Below the pieces are notes generated by a model. That model worked only from the letters and a program-made list of their open reading frames with translations, was not told the origin of the DNA and did not search any database. A DNA stretch of 64,000 bases, taken from an uncultured Pseudomonadota bacterium (lineage in GTDB: Bacteria; Desulfobacterota; Desulfobulbia; Desulfobulbales; Desulfocapsaceae). Location: assembly GCA_963776835.1 (NCBI GenBank), contig CAVZOB010000011.1:46651-110650 (forward strand). The letters run 5' to 3'. This document shows, piece by piece, positions 19,074-31,870 of this stretch (the first letter of the stretch is position 1; the number at the start of each line of letters is the position of its first letter). The position numbers and the translations under genes were made by a program.

Positions 19074-20295
19074 TCTTGTGTCGTTCCAGGAGTTTCTCCA
19101 TGAGCAGTTCCCCGTTGCCCAGGCCATTGCGAAGCCGCTTGTCCTCGGCATATCCTGATTTTTCAGTGAAGGGGAGATTGCAGCCAGGGCTGGTCTGCCG
19201 GGAGTCGAAGAGGAGGGTGGGGACCGGGGAAGCCGTATGGGTGCAGAGGCAGAGGGGGGTATGATGATCCATGGTGGCGATCAGGCGAAAGTCCTCACCG
19301 CTGTCCCGCAGCCCCTCGAAAATGGGGCCGACAATCTTCCGGTCAAAGTCTTCAATGGCCTGGATTTTTTCCCGGAGCAATCCCTGGTGTCCGGCCTCAT
19401 CCGGTGCTTCCACATGGACAAAGACAAAGTCCTGGCTGCGCAGGGCCTCGAGTGCGGCCCGGGCCTTGCCGGCATAGTTGGTGTCGAGATAGCCGGTGGC
19501 CCCCAGCACATTGATGATGGAGAGCCCGGCGTTCACCCCCAGCCCCTTGAGCAGGTCCACTGCCGAGATCAGGCTGCCGCTCAGTCCGAAACGCTCCGCC
19601 AGGGTCGGCATTGTCGGTAACTTTCCTTCTCCCCAGAGCCAGATGGAGTTGGCGGGATTCTGGCCTGCGGCCACCCGGCTGGCATTGATCGGATGAGCAG
19701 CCAGGATGGCTGAGGCCTTGGCCAGGAGTGTTGCCCACCGGGGATCTTCGCAAAAACGGGCCCAGGGTGCGCTCACGTCCTTACCGGTGAAATCATGGGG
19801 CGGGACGGTGTGCATCTGGGGATAATCCCCCTGCACCAGCAGGATATGGCGGTAGCTGACCCCGGCGTGGAAGTGAAAGGTGTCGGTGGCGCAGCCCTCT
19901 TCGAGTGCGGCAATCAGCTGGTGGGATTCTTCACTGCTGATATGGCCGGCAGCATAGTCGATCATGCGCACCTGATTGTCCGCATCCCGGCCGAGGGTGA
20001 CCAGGTTGCAGCGAAAGGCGGTCTGCTCGGGACTCAGGGTAAGACCCATGGCGGCAGCCTCGAGCGGGGCCCGGCCGGTGTAATATTCCTCGGGCCGGTA
20101 GCCGAGCAGGGAGAGGTTCGCCACATCGCTGCCCGGTGGATACCCCTCCGGGATGGTGTGGGTGAGAAACAGCTCACCCTGCCGGCACAGGGAATCCAGA
20201 AAAGGAGTCTCCGCCGCCTCCAGGGGAGTCCGGTCGTTCAGTTCGGCTATGGGCAGGTCTCCCATGCCGTCACCTACCAGGATCAGATATTTCAT
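19066..20295 (-). CDS. Cofactor-independent phosphoglycerate mutase family (apgM-like; clade proposed as non-canonical homoserine kinase)
   Basis: MKYLILVGDGMGD...TPLEAAETPFLDSL...GSDVANLSLLGY is the ApgM/metalloenzyme superfamily pattern. It lies next to hom. The track ORF starts at TTG 20298; ATG is at 20295. Confidence 0.8.
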   Translation of the reverse strand: MKYLILVGDGMGDLPIAELNDRTPLEAAETPFLDSLCRQGELFLTHTIPEGYPPGSDVANLSLLGYRPEEYYTGRAPLEAAAMGLTLSPEQTAFRCNLVTLGRDADNQVRMIDYAAGHISSEESHQLIAALEEGCATDTFHFHAGVSYRHILLVQGDYPQMHTVPPHDFTGKDVSAPWARFCEDPRWATLLAKASAILAAHPINASRVAAGQNPANSIWLWGEGKLPTMPTLAERFGLSGSLISAVDLLKGLGVNAGLSIINVLGATGYLDTNYAGKARAALEALRSQDFVFVHVEAPDEAGHQGLLREKIQAIEDFDRKIVGPIFEGLRDSGEDFRLIATMDHHTPLCLCTHTASPVPTLLFDSRQTSPGCNLPFTEKSGYAEDKRLRNGLGNGELLMEKLLERHKNG

Positions 20296-20484
20296 CAAAA
20301 AAGCCTTGCTTTGAGTTATCGGTTATGCTGCCTGGGAATAAGGTGGGCCATTGCTTGTTCCCGTCCGCATTCAAGCAGGAACCTTCATCGGCAGCGCGGT
20401 TCCTCATGCTTCTTCGCCGCTCGCGCGGGGTTGTGTCTGCACTCAAGCACTGCCTTTGTGGTATCAACTTGAATGCTTTTGAAG

Positions 20485-21797
20485 TTATTCCGCATCAACG
20501 AGGAATCTGATCTTGACCGTTGGTTCCGGGCAGACCTCCAGTGCGTCGATCTCGGTCAGGGCGTGCTGCACATCTGCCTCCGATGCCTCATGGGTCTGGA
20601 TTACGATGCTGACAGGCTCATCCTGCTGGCGGCTTTTCTGGATAACGGATTTGATGGAAATGGAATGTTTGCCGAGGATGCCGGAGATGGTGGAGAGGAC
20701 CCCCGGTTTATCGAGGGCGGTGATCCGGAAATAATAGGGGCAGCAGCAGCTCGCTCATCGGGGTGATCGGCCGGGATGCCGATCTTCTCGGGCAGATAGG
20801 AGAGGGCTCGGCACCCGGTTGACCGAACCGTGGAGCGATGTTGCGGGCGATATCGACCACATCCGCCGCCACGGCGCTGCCGGTCGGCATCTTGCCGGCC
20901 CCCTGCCCGTAGAAGCAGGACATTGCCCACCATGTCGCCGGTGAAATGGATGCCGTTATAGGCCCCGTTGATATTGGCCAGCAGGTGGGATTCCGGCACC
21001 AGGGTCGGATGGACCCGGGCCTCGACATGGTCGCCATGGTTGACGGCTGATGGCCAGCAGTTTGATCCGGTAGCCGAATCGCGGGCAAAGTCGATGTCGA
21101 TGGGTTCGATCGTGCTGATCCCCTCGATGGAAATGTCCTCGAGTTGGACATGCTCATGCCGTAGGCGATGGTCATGAGGATGGCCAGTTTATGGGCGGTG
21201 TCGATGCCTTCGATGTCATAGGTGGGGTCGGCCTCGGCAAAGCCCAGTGCCTGGGCCTCTTTCAGCACCTCGTCAAAGGCGATGCCCTCATCGGTCATCT
21301 TGGTCAGGATGTAGTTGGCGGTGCCGTTCATGATGCCCATGATGGACAGGATCCGATTGGCGACCAGTCCTTCCTTCAGGGCCTTGATCACCGGGATGCC
21401 GCCGCCGACGCTGGCCTCGAAACCTACCTCGACGCCCGTTGCGGCCGCGGCGTCGAAGATCTCCTTGCCGTGCTGGGAGATCAGCGCCTTATTGGCGGTG
21501 ACCACATGCTTGCCGGCCGCGATGGCCTTAAGGATAAAGGTCCTGGCCGGTTCGATGCCGCCGATCAGCTCGACCACGATATCGATGTCCGGGTCATTGA
21601 AGATATCATTGACATCCTTGGTCAGGTCGTTTCCTGGAACTGTTCAGGCAACTTGTTGATGTTGATATCTACCACACGGGAGAGGACGACCTGGTGCCAA
21701 CCTTGCGCACGAGCCGCTCACCCTGCTCGAAGAGGGTCTGGGCCAGGCCGCTGCCCACGGTACCAAAGCCGATAAGGCCAACACGGATAACTTTCAT
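20485..21797 (-). pseudogene. hom: Homoserine dehydrogenase (many frameshifts in this sequence)
   Basis: MKVIRVGLIGFGTVGSG begins at 21797. The central block ELIGGIEPA...VVTANKALI...EASVGGGIPVI...GIMNGTANYIL is ORF 20708-21577. The C-terminal ACT domain (YYFRITALDKPGVLSTISGILG...) ends at the TAA 20485-20487 in another frame. Confidence 0.85.
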
Positions 21798-22119
21798 GAT
21801 TTTTTATGATTATTGGTTTATTGAGAATACGAAACAGGGTAGAGAAGAGGGCTAGAAGATACGACTGGAAAAATACGAGAGAGCCGACAATCCACTTCCC
21901 CATTTAATAATGAAGGTGAAAATACCCACTTTCCCCGTGAAAGTCAAAAAGAAGAGCAGATATTTTTGCTGGCCTCTAGATCTTTTTTGTTTATACTTTC
22001 TCTATTGTTTTGAGTGAATGCTCATCCAGCCCGTTCAGTGGGTTTTATTTTTTAGAAAAGTTAATTGGCTTATTTTGAAAAAAACGTATGATAACCAACA
22101 ATTGATCAAGGAGAACGGA

Positions 22120-22798
22120 ATGGCGGTAAATATTCTGGTTTTTGGGCCAAACGGCAGCGGCAAAGGTACCCAGGGCGCTATTGTCAAGGATAAGTATGGC
22201 TGCAACCATATTGAATCCGGCGCTATTTTCCGCGAACACATCAAGGGCGGCACCGAGCTCGGCAAAAAGGCCAAAGAGTATATTGACCGCGGCGATCTTG
22301 TTCCCGATGAGATCACCATTCCCATGGTGCTCGAGACCCTTGCAAAATCCAAGGAAAAGGGCTGGCTGCTCGATGGTTTTCCCCGCTCTCTGGCCCAGGC
22401 CGAGGCCCTGGACAAGGCGCTGGGAATGCGGATATGGAGCTTGATTATGTGATCGAGATTGAGCTTGACCGGCAGATTGCCAAAGAGCGGATCATGGGCC
22501 GCCGTCTGTGCGCAAATGATAATAATCATCCCAATCATATCGCCTTTGACGCTATCAAGCCGGTTGAAAAGGATGGCAAGCTGGTCTGCCGGGTGTGCGG
22601 CGGCGATCTGAGTGCCCGTGCCGACGACCAGGATGAAGAGGCAATCAATAAGCGTCACAATATCTATTATGATACCAGACCGGTACGATGGCTGCCATCA
22701 ATTACTTCAAGAAAGCGGGCGGCGCCAAGGTGATTGTCGTTGATGGTTCCGCCTCCATCAAGGATGTGACTACCGCGATTATGAGTCAGCTCAACTGA
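22120..22798 (+). pseudogene. adk: Adenylate kinase (two frameshifts in this sequence)
   Basis: The P-loop is FGPNGSGKGTQG, followed by LLDGFPRS. The alignment continues in frame 3 from about 22425 (DYVIEIELD...RRLC..., lid CRVCGG) and in frame 2 from about 22680 to TGA 22796-22798. Confidence 0.9.
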
Positions 22799-22847
22799 TG
22801 GTAATTTTGGAGAGGAATCTCTGAGTTGCCGGGACTACTTCTCCTGG

Positions 22848-22885
22848 GGACATGCCGGTACCTGTGACCGCATGTCCTTTTTTTT
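22848..22885 (+). terminator. Rho-independent terminator after adk
   Basis: GGACATGC-14 nt-GCATGTCC is followed by TTTTTTTT. Confidence 0.75.
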
Positions 22886-23004
22886 GCCTTTTTGGGCAGG
22901 ATATCTTAGAGTCATTTTCCATGTGGTTGAATAACTGGGAAGTGGCTTGAATGCGTCGAGTCGTCCCAATCAACGAAATTCCGCTTGTCAAGATTCCCTT
23001 TTAA

Positions 23005-23636
<632 letters not shown>

Positions 23637-23650
23637 TCGGGGGCGGAACA

Positions 23651-24589
23651 ATGCTTAAGCCCCTCGATTTCTCCGGGCTCAATACCTATTCGCTCCATGA
23701 TCGTCCTACCAAGGTAACAGTGGAGAACTTTGGCGGCCCATCCCGGCCGGCAGCACGGTGCGTGCCCTTCTGGACTCCCTGCCGGATCAGTTGCTGGGCC
23801 GCGATTTTCCTGATCTGGTCGAACGGCTGGCCGCGGCCCGGGACGGCGCGGCCGCTCCTGGTCGGGCTGGGGGCGCATGTCATCAAGGTGGGCCTGAACC
23901 CTATCCTCATCGATCTGATGGAGCGGAAGATCATCACCGGCATTGGCCTTGAACGGGGCCGGCATCGTTCACGACACCGAGATCGCCATGGTCGGCCGCA
24001 CCTCCGAGGAGGTGGACCAGGTCTTGGGAGACGGGGCTTTCGGCGCGGCCCGGGAGACCGGTGAGGTGATCAATGGCGCCATCAATCAGGGTGCCAGAGA
24101 GGGACTGGGCATGGGCGCGGCTGTGGGCGAGGCCCTTCTTGCCGGAAAATTTCCCCATAATGATATAAGTCTGTTGGCCGCGGCTTCCCGTCTGGGCATC
24201 CCGGTCACGGTGCATGTGGCTATGGGCACGGATATCGTCCATATCCATCCCTCTGCCTCGGGGCGGCCATCGGTGGAACCAGCCACCATGATTTCAGGAT
24301 CTTCTGTGCCCAGGTGGCGGCTCTGCAGGGTGGGGCCTATCTGAATCTCGGCTCGGCGGTGCTTCTGCCGGAGGTGTTTCTCAAGGCGCTGACCGTGGTC
24401 AGGAACCTGGGCCACCGGGTGGATGAGTTCACCACCGCCAATTTCGATTTCATGCGACAGTACCGTACCCTGACCAATGTGGTGAACAGGCCGACGGCCA
24501 AGGGCGGCAAGGGTTATCATGTAACCGGCCATCACGAGTTGATGATCCCTCTGCTGGCCGCCTGCCTGCTTGATGAATTAGCTGGTTAG
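23651..24589 (+). pseudogene. Deoxyhypusine-synthase-like family protein (frameshifted)
   Basis: Fragments in three frames read LVGLGAHVIKVGLNPILIDLMERKIITGI, NGAGIVHDTEIAMVG...GIPVTVHVAMGTDIVHIHP and GGAYLNLGSAVLLPEVFLKAL. The family call is from motif resemblance only. Confidence 0.45.
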
Positions 24590-24708
24590 GTGGATAGGCT
24601 GAAGGCTATAAGGGCGGACATGTTTCGTCGCCGGTGCAATCAGTCCGTTCCTCTGTCTCCTCCAACCTTAAACCATCAACCTTCAGTCTATCTATCTACA
24701 GTCTAATT

Positions 24709-26274
24709 ATGGAACAGCAAGCAAAGAATATGAAAACAGGAAAGGTCTATCTGGTGGGGGCCGGCCCCGGCGATCCCGGGCTCATTACCCTGCGTGGCAA
24801 ATATCTCCTGGAGAGGGCGGAGGTGCTTGTTTATGATTACCTTGCCAGTCCCAAGTTGTTGAAGTATGTGCCGAAGGATGCCAAGCTGATCTATGCCGGG
24901 AAAAAGGGCGGAAGCAAGCATACCCATACTCAGGAAGAGATCAATCAGATGCTGGTTGACTGGGCGCGGGCCGGTAAGATGGTGGTCCGGCTCAAGGGGG
25001 GCGACCCTTTTATTTTCGGTCGCGGCGGTGAAGAGCTGGAAGATCTGGTCAAGGCCGGTGTTCCCTTCGAGGTCGTGCCCGGGGTGACTTCGGCCACGGC
25101 GGCTGCCACCTATGCCGGGATTCCCATCACCCATCGGGATTATACTTCCTCCGTCTCCTTTATCACCGGCCATGAAGGACCGGGCAAAGAGAATTCCAGT
25201 ATCGACTGGTCCAAGCTGGCCACGGGCGCCGGGACCCTGGTCATCTATATGGGGATCAAAAACCTGCCCGTTATCGTCGACAATCTGATCCGGAATGGCC
25301 GCGCTGCCAAGACCCCGGTGGCGGTCGTACGCTGGGCCTCGACACCGGAGCAGCACACGGTGGTGGCCACCCTGGAGACCATCGTGCAACGGGTGGAGAA
25401 AGAGGGGATCAAGCCCCCGGCCCTGATTATTGTGGGGGAGGTGGTGTCCCTGCGTAACACCCTTGACTGGTTTGAGAAGAGGACTTTGTTCGGGAAACGG
25501 ATCATGGTGACCAGAACGCGGGAACAGGCCTCGGAGCTGGTTGCTTCCCTGGAGGGATATGGGGCCGAATGTCTTGAATATTCGACCATTCAGGTGGAGC
25601 CGCTGGATTCGTATGATGTCCTGGATGAGGAGCTGGACCGCCTCAATGAGTATCACTGGATCCTCTTCTCATCCATGAATGCCGTGCAATTCTTTTTTGA
25701 CCGGCTCTATGCCAAAGGGCTGGATGCCCGAAATCTGAAAGGACCGCATGTGGCGGCAGTGGGGAGGGCAACTGCCGATTTCCTGCTCCACTACGGCATT
25801 GTTGCTGATCTGATTCCCTCCACCTATACGGCTGAGGGGATGGCGGAGAGCCTTCTCGATTTTGGGGTTGAGGGACGCAATGTCCTGATTCCCAGGGCGG
25901 TCAAGGCCCGGGAGTTCCTGCCTGAGACCTTGCGCGGGGCCGGCGCTCAGGTAACGGTGGTCCCTGTTTACCAGAATGTTCCGCCCCTGGGTTCCAAGGA
26001 GAAGTTGCGGGCGGAACTGGAAAGGGGAAAAGTCGATATGATCACCTTTACCAGCTCGTCCACCGTTACTAATTTTTTAAATATGGTTGGTGCCGCCAGT
26101 GCGGAAGAGCTGAAAGGGCTGCTGAAGGGGGTAAAGATTACCGCCATCGGACCCGTGACTGCCAAGACCATAATCGACAATGGCCTGCGTGTGGATGTGC
26201 AGCCCGAAACCTTTACCATCCCCGATATGGTCGATGCCATAGTGCGGTATTACGAGAATGGCGAACAGAAATAG
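24709..26274 (+). CDS. cobA: Uroporphyrinogen-III C-methyltransferase / uroporphyrinogen-III synthase fusion (CobA/HemD)
   Basis: The N-terminus has [20 protein letters not shown] and [15 protein letters not shown] (SUMT). The C-terminal 240 aa are HemD-like ([11 protein letters not shown]...ITFTSSSTV). Confidence 0.9.
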   Translation: MEQQAKNMKTGKVYLVGAGPGDPGLITLRGKYLLERAEVLVYDYLASPKLLKYVPKDAKLIYAGKKGGSKHTHTQEEINQMLVDWARAGKMVVRLKGGDPFIFGRGGEELEDLVKAGVPFEVVPGVTSATAAATYAGIPITHRDYTSSVSFITGHEGPGKENSSIDWSKLATGAGTLVIYMGIKNLPVIVDNLIRNGRAAKTPVAVVRWASTPEQHTVVATLETIVQRVEKEGIKPPALIIVGEVVSLRNTLDWFEKRTLFGKRIMVTRTREQASELVASLEGYGAECLEYSTIQVEPLDSYDVLDEELDRLNEYHWILFSSMNAVQFFFDRLYAKGLDARNLKGPHVAAVGRATADFLLHYGIVADLIPSTYTAEGMAESLLDFGVEGRNVLIPRAVKAREFLPETLRGAGAQVTVVPVYQNVPPLGSKEKLRAELERGKVDMITFTSSSTVTNFLNMVGAASAEELKGLLKGVKITAIGPVTAKTIIDNGLRVDVQPETFTIPDMVDAIVRYYENGEQK

Positions 26275-26411
26275 GGAATGAAGGATCTCATGCCGGCGGC
26301 GGTTTGTATCGTTGTGCAGCTGCGATTATCGCCCCCATCGGCCGCAGGCCAGGTCAAAATCTGCTGGACACAATTCCAGATTAGTAAGTTGAAATACCGG
26401 GAATAGACCCT

Positions 26412-27041
26412 TTATCTCTTTTCCGGACCATGGCTTGTGGCCTGGACCCGGGGCAGGATGTCAAGCTGCAGGACTCCCTGCCGGGTGCGGATGGACACAA
26501 TATTCATATGGACAGTGATGGTCTTGCCGGTGGTCTCGGCAATCAGGGGCTCCAGCTGATTCATCTTCACTGGAAATTCGCGGTTATTGAGAAAGGCCAG
26601 GAGCAGGGCATCAATATCGCCCTGGGCGGCAGTGGATGATGCCTTCAGATCGCTGATCACCGGTTTGACGTAGAGTATCTGTCTGGCTTGGTCGAAGCGC
26701 AGAACGGCATTGCACTGGAGACCGAGCTGCAGGGAACCGACATTGAGTTTGATGCTCTGTCCGCCGATCTCAGTATCGAGGTGCATGTTATCTCCCCTGA
26801 GATCGATATGGCAGGCGATCCCTGTCTCCTGCAACTGGAGATTGCTGATCTTGACAATGGTGATGGCCCCGCTCAAGGTGCTGGATGCGGTGTCGACGGA
26901 AAGCGGCAGGGATTTATCCAGAGCCTCACTCAAAACGCTGTCCGGGACGGTGAGGGTGATCATCTTCCGGGCTGCGGCTGAACTTTGGTCCGGCAGCAGC
27001 AGGTTGAGAAGAAAGAGGATGCAGGCGACAGAACGAATCAT
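26412..27041 (-). CDS. Hypothetical secreted protein
   Basis: 209 aa counted from ATG 27041. There is a signal-peptide-like MIRSVACILFLLNLLLPDQSSA. No family recognised. Confidence 0.55.
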   Translation of the reverse strand: MIRSVACILFLLNLLLPDQSSAAARKMITLTVPDSVLSEALDKSLPLSVDTASSTLSGAITIVKISNLQLQETGIACHIDLRGDNMHLDTEIGGQSIKLNVGSLQLGLQCNAVLRFDQARQILYVKPVISDLKASSTAAQGDIDALLLAFLNNREFPVKMNQLEPLIAETTGKTITVHMNIVSIRTRQGVLQLDILPRVQATSHGPEKR

Positions 27042-27202
27042 GGTAAGACTCCTTGTTGAGAGGTTACGGGGTTGGTGGCGAATTTTCCTTTGTATCAGAG
27101 AGTGAGGCCATAACGATGCAACCAGTTGATATTTTTTACTCATATTTTGGTCGGGAGTCAATTCAGAGATTTGATTCCCGACTTTTTTCTTAACGGCCTT
27201 TT

Positions 27203-28552
27203 ATGCTTACCCTGACGGTGTCATCCGATTGTCTGCTTACGGGCAGCACTCTCCCCCTCGAGAAGGCCATAAAAGAGCGGCTGACCATAGATAATCCCAA
27301 ATATACTTCGGCAAAGCGCTATAGCCGCTGGGTGGGGAAGAAGTTGCTGCCCACTTTGAAGTATTATGAGCAGGTCCCCACCGGTCTTCATTTCCCCCGA
27401 GGATTTGCCAATCAGGCGATTATGCTCTGTCGGGAACATATGGGGGAGTCGCCGCGGATAGTGGAGGGGCGGCGGCTGCTGGCGGAGGTGGAGTTCTCCT
27501 TCAGCGGCGCCCTGCGTCCCTATCAGGAGCTTGCCGTGGCCCAGATTGGAGATCGTTCCTTCGGTGTGCTGGAGGCCGGGACCGGCAGCGGCAAGACGGT
27601 CATGGCCCTGGCCCTTATCGCCGCCCGCAGGCAGCCAACCCTGATTATTGTTCATACCAAGGAGCTGTTGTACCAGTGGCAGCAAAGGGCGGAGGAGTTC
27701 CTCGGCCTCAGGGTCGGTCTGATTGGTGATGCCCATCTGGATATCCAGCCGGTCACCGTGGCCATCGTCAACAGCGCCCGCAAGAGGGTGGAGGAGTTGA
27801 TACCCCTGTTCGGCCATCTGGTCGTTGATGAGTGTCACCGGGTTCCGGCGGCCCTGTTCACCGATGTGGTCAGCCGTTTTGACTGCCATTATCTGCTGGG
27901 TCTTTCCGCCACTGCCTTCAGGAGTGATGAGGGGACCACCCGCTTGATCTCCATTTTCATGGGAGACCGGATCCATCAGGTCGACCAGGCCCAGTTGCAG
28001 GCCAGCGGAGCCATTGTCAAGCCCGAACTGGTCCGGCGCAAGACAGCGTTTACCCACCACTATCGCGGTGATTATCAGGCCCTGATCACCGCCCTCACCT
28101 CCCACCAGGGGCGTAATATCCAGATTGTCGAGGATATTATCCAGGCGGCAGGAAAGGCGACAACAGGTGTCCTGCTGGTGGTCTCTGATCGGGTCAGTCA
28201 CTGTGAACTCTTTGCCGGAGAGCTTGGCCGGCGGGGAATGAGTGTGGCCCTGCTCACCGGCCAGACCCCTGCTGAAAAGAGGATGCAGATTGTCAAGGAT
28301 GTCCAGAATGGAGAACTGCGGATCCTGGTGGCCACCCTCCAGCTCATTGGAGAAGGATTTGACTGTTCGGGTTTGAGCACCCTTTTCCTGACCACACCCA
28401 TAACCTTTGAGGGCCGTCTGCTGCAGGTCCTGGGGCGCATCATGCGTCCTGCCGCCGGGAAAGAGGCCCAGGTCTATGATTATGTGGATGAATCCGTCTC
28501 CGTGTTGCGCCGTTCGGCGGAGCACAGAAAGAAGGTGCTGGCCGCATTGTAG
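27203..28552 (+). CDS. SF2 DEAD/DEAH-box helicase (ResIII + helicase C)
   Basis: Motif I is LEAGTGSGKT, motif II is VVDECHR and motif III is GLSAT. The C-terminal helicase domain carries LVATLQLIGEGFD and QVLGRIMR. Confidence 0.85.
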   Translation: MLTLTVSSDCLLTGSTLPLEKAIKERLTIDNPKYTSAKRYSRWVGKKLLPTLKYYEQVPTGLHFPRGFANQAIMLCREHMGESPRIVEGRRLLAEVEFSFSGALRPYQELAVAQIGDRSFGVLEAGTGSGKTVMALALIAARRQPTLIIVHTKELLYQWQQRAEEFLGLRVGLIGDAHLDIQPVTVAIVNSARKRVEELIPLFGHLVVDECHRVPAALFTDVVSRFDCHYLLGLSATAFRSDEGTTRLISIFMGDRIHQVDQAQLQASGAIVKPELVRRKTAFTHHYRGDYQALITALTSHQGRNIQIVEDIIQAAGKATTGVLLVVSDRVSHCELFAGELGRRGMSVALLTGQTPAEKRMQIVKDVQNGELRILVATLQLIGEGFDCSGLSTLFLTTPITFEGRLLQVLGRIMRPAAGKEAQVYDYVDESVSVLRRSAEHRKKVLAAL

Positions 28553-28745
28553 GATGTTTTTGACAAAACGGAAAAAAACACATGGCCGGTATGCAAAAGT
28601 GTTCCCGGGAGAGGCTGCCCGGGAACCGGCGAATATTAACCGAGATGGAAGCAGGAATTGCCGAGGTTAAAAGGGGTTGTTGTGGACGGGCCGGCGGAAC
28701 CTTTTCCCCCTCCGGGCGGATGCAGGCAAAGGTTGACGGTGGTCG

Positions 28746-29441
28746 TCACTTCTGCGTATCGATTGACAGCAGATTGATCTCGTAAATGATGGTCCGGTCA
28801 GCCAATGGGCCGCGTTCGCCGAAGGCCAGATCGGCTGGGATAAAGAGCTGCCATTCAGCGCCTTCCTTCATCAGCGGCAAGGCTTCCTGCCACGCCGGAA
28901 TGGTGTTGGAGAGCACGAAGGTGGCCGGTTTGTTGTCACGATACGAGCTGCCGAACTCGGTACCGTCGATCAACGTGCCGCGGTAATGAACCGTCACCGT
29001 ATCGTTCAGTTTGGGGCTCTTGCCCTTACCCTCCTTCAGCACCTTGTACTGAAGCCCGCTCGGCAGGGTTACGACTCCTTCCTTCTTGGCATTGGCAGCG
29101 AGAAAATCCCGCCCTTCTCCGCGATACTTTTCGACGATCCCTTTATTCTGTTCCATGTCCTGGGCGACAATCTTTTTCTTCAGCATCAGCAGGATCTCGT
29201 TGATCTCTTCCCGGGGCATCATTGGGTTGGCCCCGTTGAGGGCGTCACGTACGCCCTGGACGAGCGCCTCGGGATTGAGGGCCACTCCCTGCCGTTTGAA
29301 ATCGCCACCGATCTGGTAGCCGACGCTATAATTGATCTTGTCTTTTTCGCCCTGCAGTTGCGGTTTATCGCCGGCCTGGCTGATGCTGGCAGCCAGGAGA
29401 AGTATGATGGGGGCGAGAAAGTTCCATCGTCCGGATCCCAT
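28746..29441 (-). CDS. FKBP-type peptidyl-prolyl isomerase (FkpA/Mip-like, secreted)
   Basis: Has a signal peptide and the FKBP core VTVHYRGTLIDGTEFGSSY...IPAWQEALPLMKEGAEWQLFIPADLAFGERG. Confidence 0.9.
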   Translation of the reverse strand: MGSGRWNFLAPIILLLAASISQAGDKPQLQGEKDKINYSVGYQIGGDFKRQGVALNPEALVQGVRDALNGANPMMPREEINEILLMLKKKIVAQDMEQNKGIVEKYRGEGRDFLAANAKKEGVVTLPSGLQYKVLKEGKGKSPKLNDTVTVHYRGTLIDGTEFGSSYRDNKPATFVLSNTIPAWQEALPLMKEGAEWQLFIPADLAFGERGPLADRTIIYEINLLSIDTQK

Positions 29442-29591
29442 GTGTTCCCTCCTATTGCAGCCCGTCCCGGTGTACAACGTCCGGTCGGGCTGCTGTTGAT
29501 CAGGTATAGTCGGTGTAAGGTTTAGAAAATGTCGCTGATTGTCAACTTGTCAAATGAAATAAGCGGAAGGCCTGCCTGCCGACTTCGCCTC

Positions 29592-31870
29592 TCAGATACC
29601 GGCAGGAGCCTGGGGCCCGCAGGAACTGACACTATCCCCGGTCTGATCTGCGTTAGGATCGTCCACACAGTACGGCACCATCATTTCGTTATCCTCATGC
29701 TCGAGGATATGACAGTGCCAGACGTAGAGGCCGGCGGTGTCGAACAGGGCCTGGACATGGGTGATCTGCCCCGGATACATCAGGGCCGTGTCCTTCATTC
29801 CGGTTTCCCAGGCTTCCGGCGGATTGATCACATTGGATCTCGTGCCCTGGTTCATGACAGCCGGATCAGGCGTGAAGAGTTCCCGCCCCAGCACCCGGAA
29901 CTGCACAAGGTGCAGGTGGATAGGGTGGGCATCCATGGTGAAGTTCCAGATCTCCCAGGTTTCGGTGGTGTTCAGGCTCGGGGTCTGCTGGATTGTGTCG
30001 CTCCACATCTGGTGCGTTCCCACCCCGACATCGCCTGCCACGTTGACGGTGCCGAGCATCGCCGACTCGGGAGCAAAGGGCACGCCGCCGGCCAGTACGC
30101 AGGCATTGTTCAGGTCCGTCGGATCGAACATCGCTCCGTCGAGGTCGACATACCTCACCTTGCCAGCCGGATTGACTTGCACGCAGACATAGGCTGACGA
30201 CATTTCCATCAGGGCTAAATTGCGCGTGGCGGCGGGGGTTACGGGGTCAGGCTGCGAGGCGAGTACCAGGTTACTAGGAATGGTGCTGTTGTCCACCGTC
30301 TCCGGATTGTCCGCCACCAGAACGAACTCCATGACCTGTCCGGTTGTCCTTTCATGGGCAGGAATATCGGGAAAGCCGCCGAAGGGGGTGTCAGGTGCGG
30401 AATTGAGCATCCTCACCTTCGCTGTTCCGGCGGGAAGGTTCGAGAAGTCGACGATCACGTCGGCCCGCTCGGCCAGACCCATCAACAGGGCCGGGGCGGT
30501 ACCCGCCGCAGGCGCAGCCGCCGGCAGGGCCGGCTCGGTTCCGTCACCCGGCAGCAGCACCGCCTGGCCGCTGACGATCCGCACCACCTTGGGAAGCAGC
30601 CCCTGATCCGAACCGATCTGATAGAAGGGGATCTCGCCAATGACTTTGCCCTTCCTGTCCAAGGCCACCAGGTTCAGGTTGAGGACGCGGGCGTTGCAGC
30701 CGTTGAGCAGCCGAAAGCGGTAGCGCTCGGGTTCGACGTTTAAATAAGGCCAGCTCACGCCATTGGCCACCATGACATTGCCGAAGAATTCGGGATTCCA
30801 GATCGCCGCAATATCAGACGGGCTGTCAGGGTCACCGGTAAATGGGATCATTAGCTGCTGGATGGTCGTATCCTCGAAAAAGGCCCGGTTGTTCGGATAG
30901 AAGAGGCTGGTGTTGCCGGCTGTATCGACATTGAATGAGCGATCCTGGATGGCGATGGGTATCTCGCGATAGGCCAGATGGTCGAATGGACTGGCGCCAA
31001 TCCCCGGGCTCGGCCCAGGCAAGGTGCCGGAGACGAGCCCCGTCTCCCCCCGCCTGTCTCGCGGAGCAGGTAGAAGCCGGCTGGGCCGGCATAGACGTTG
31101 AGCCGGGTCATGCCCAAGGTATGGTCGTGGTACCAGAGGGTGGCCGAATTCTGGTCGTTAGGGTAGTTGAAGGTTGCGGCGCCAGAGCCGGTGTTGTCGG
31201 GTCCGAACTGGTTGGCCAGCCGGCCGGTGGTTGCATAGCCCACGGGGATATTATTGGCCGCAGGCAGGTACCAGGCCTCCGGATAGCCGTCACTCTCCGG
31301 ACGGGTATGGGCTCCGTGCAGGTGGGTGATAATCGGCACCGGACCGGAGTAGGGTTGCTGCAGGATCAGGCCGTTCGCTTCAGCGGGGCGGCAGTCGGTG
31401 CGCGTCTCCCCGTTGGCGCAGGGCAAAAGCTCGGGATTGGCCCAGTGCAGTGAGCGATCCACCGGCAGCAGATGCGGCAGAAAGGCGCCGTTGGCGTCGA
31501 CCAGATTATTGCGCCAGACAACTTGGGTATTCACGTCTTTGGTCGCCTCGATGGTGAAGGCGGGATAGTTGCGCGTCTCCGGGGCGTTGACGGCACCGTA
31601 TGTCCAGACCGGCGTCGCGCTCAATGGATTACCGTCGTTGTCGAGCAGTGGCAGGATCTGCTGGTTGTGCGGCACCACCTCAATGTCGTAACTCCCCGCC
31701 GGACCCGTCGCCGGCATCTCGGGCGGGACGGCCAGGGGACTGACATACTTGGGTATGGCGCTCGGATTGAGTGTACCACCCGGAAGCGGTGATGACGCCG
31801 CACTCAGATGCGGACAGCAGGCCATGGCGACTGTAACGATCGAGAAAACTACAGTATTGATGCCTTTCAT
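29592..31870 (-). pseudogene. Multicopper oxidase (CotA/bilirubin-oxidase-like), one frameshift
   Basis: Signal peptide from ATG 31870 (RBS GAGGAGG). Copper motifs are HLHG, WYHDH, HPIHLH and HCHILEHEDNEMM. The frame switches at the C6 run 31046-31051. Confidence 0.85.
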
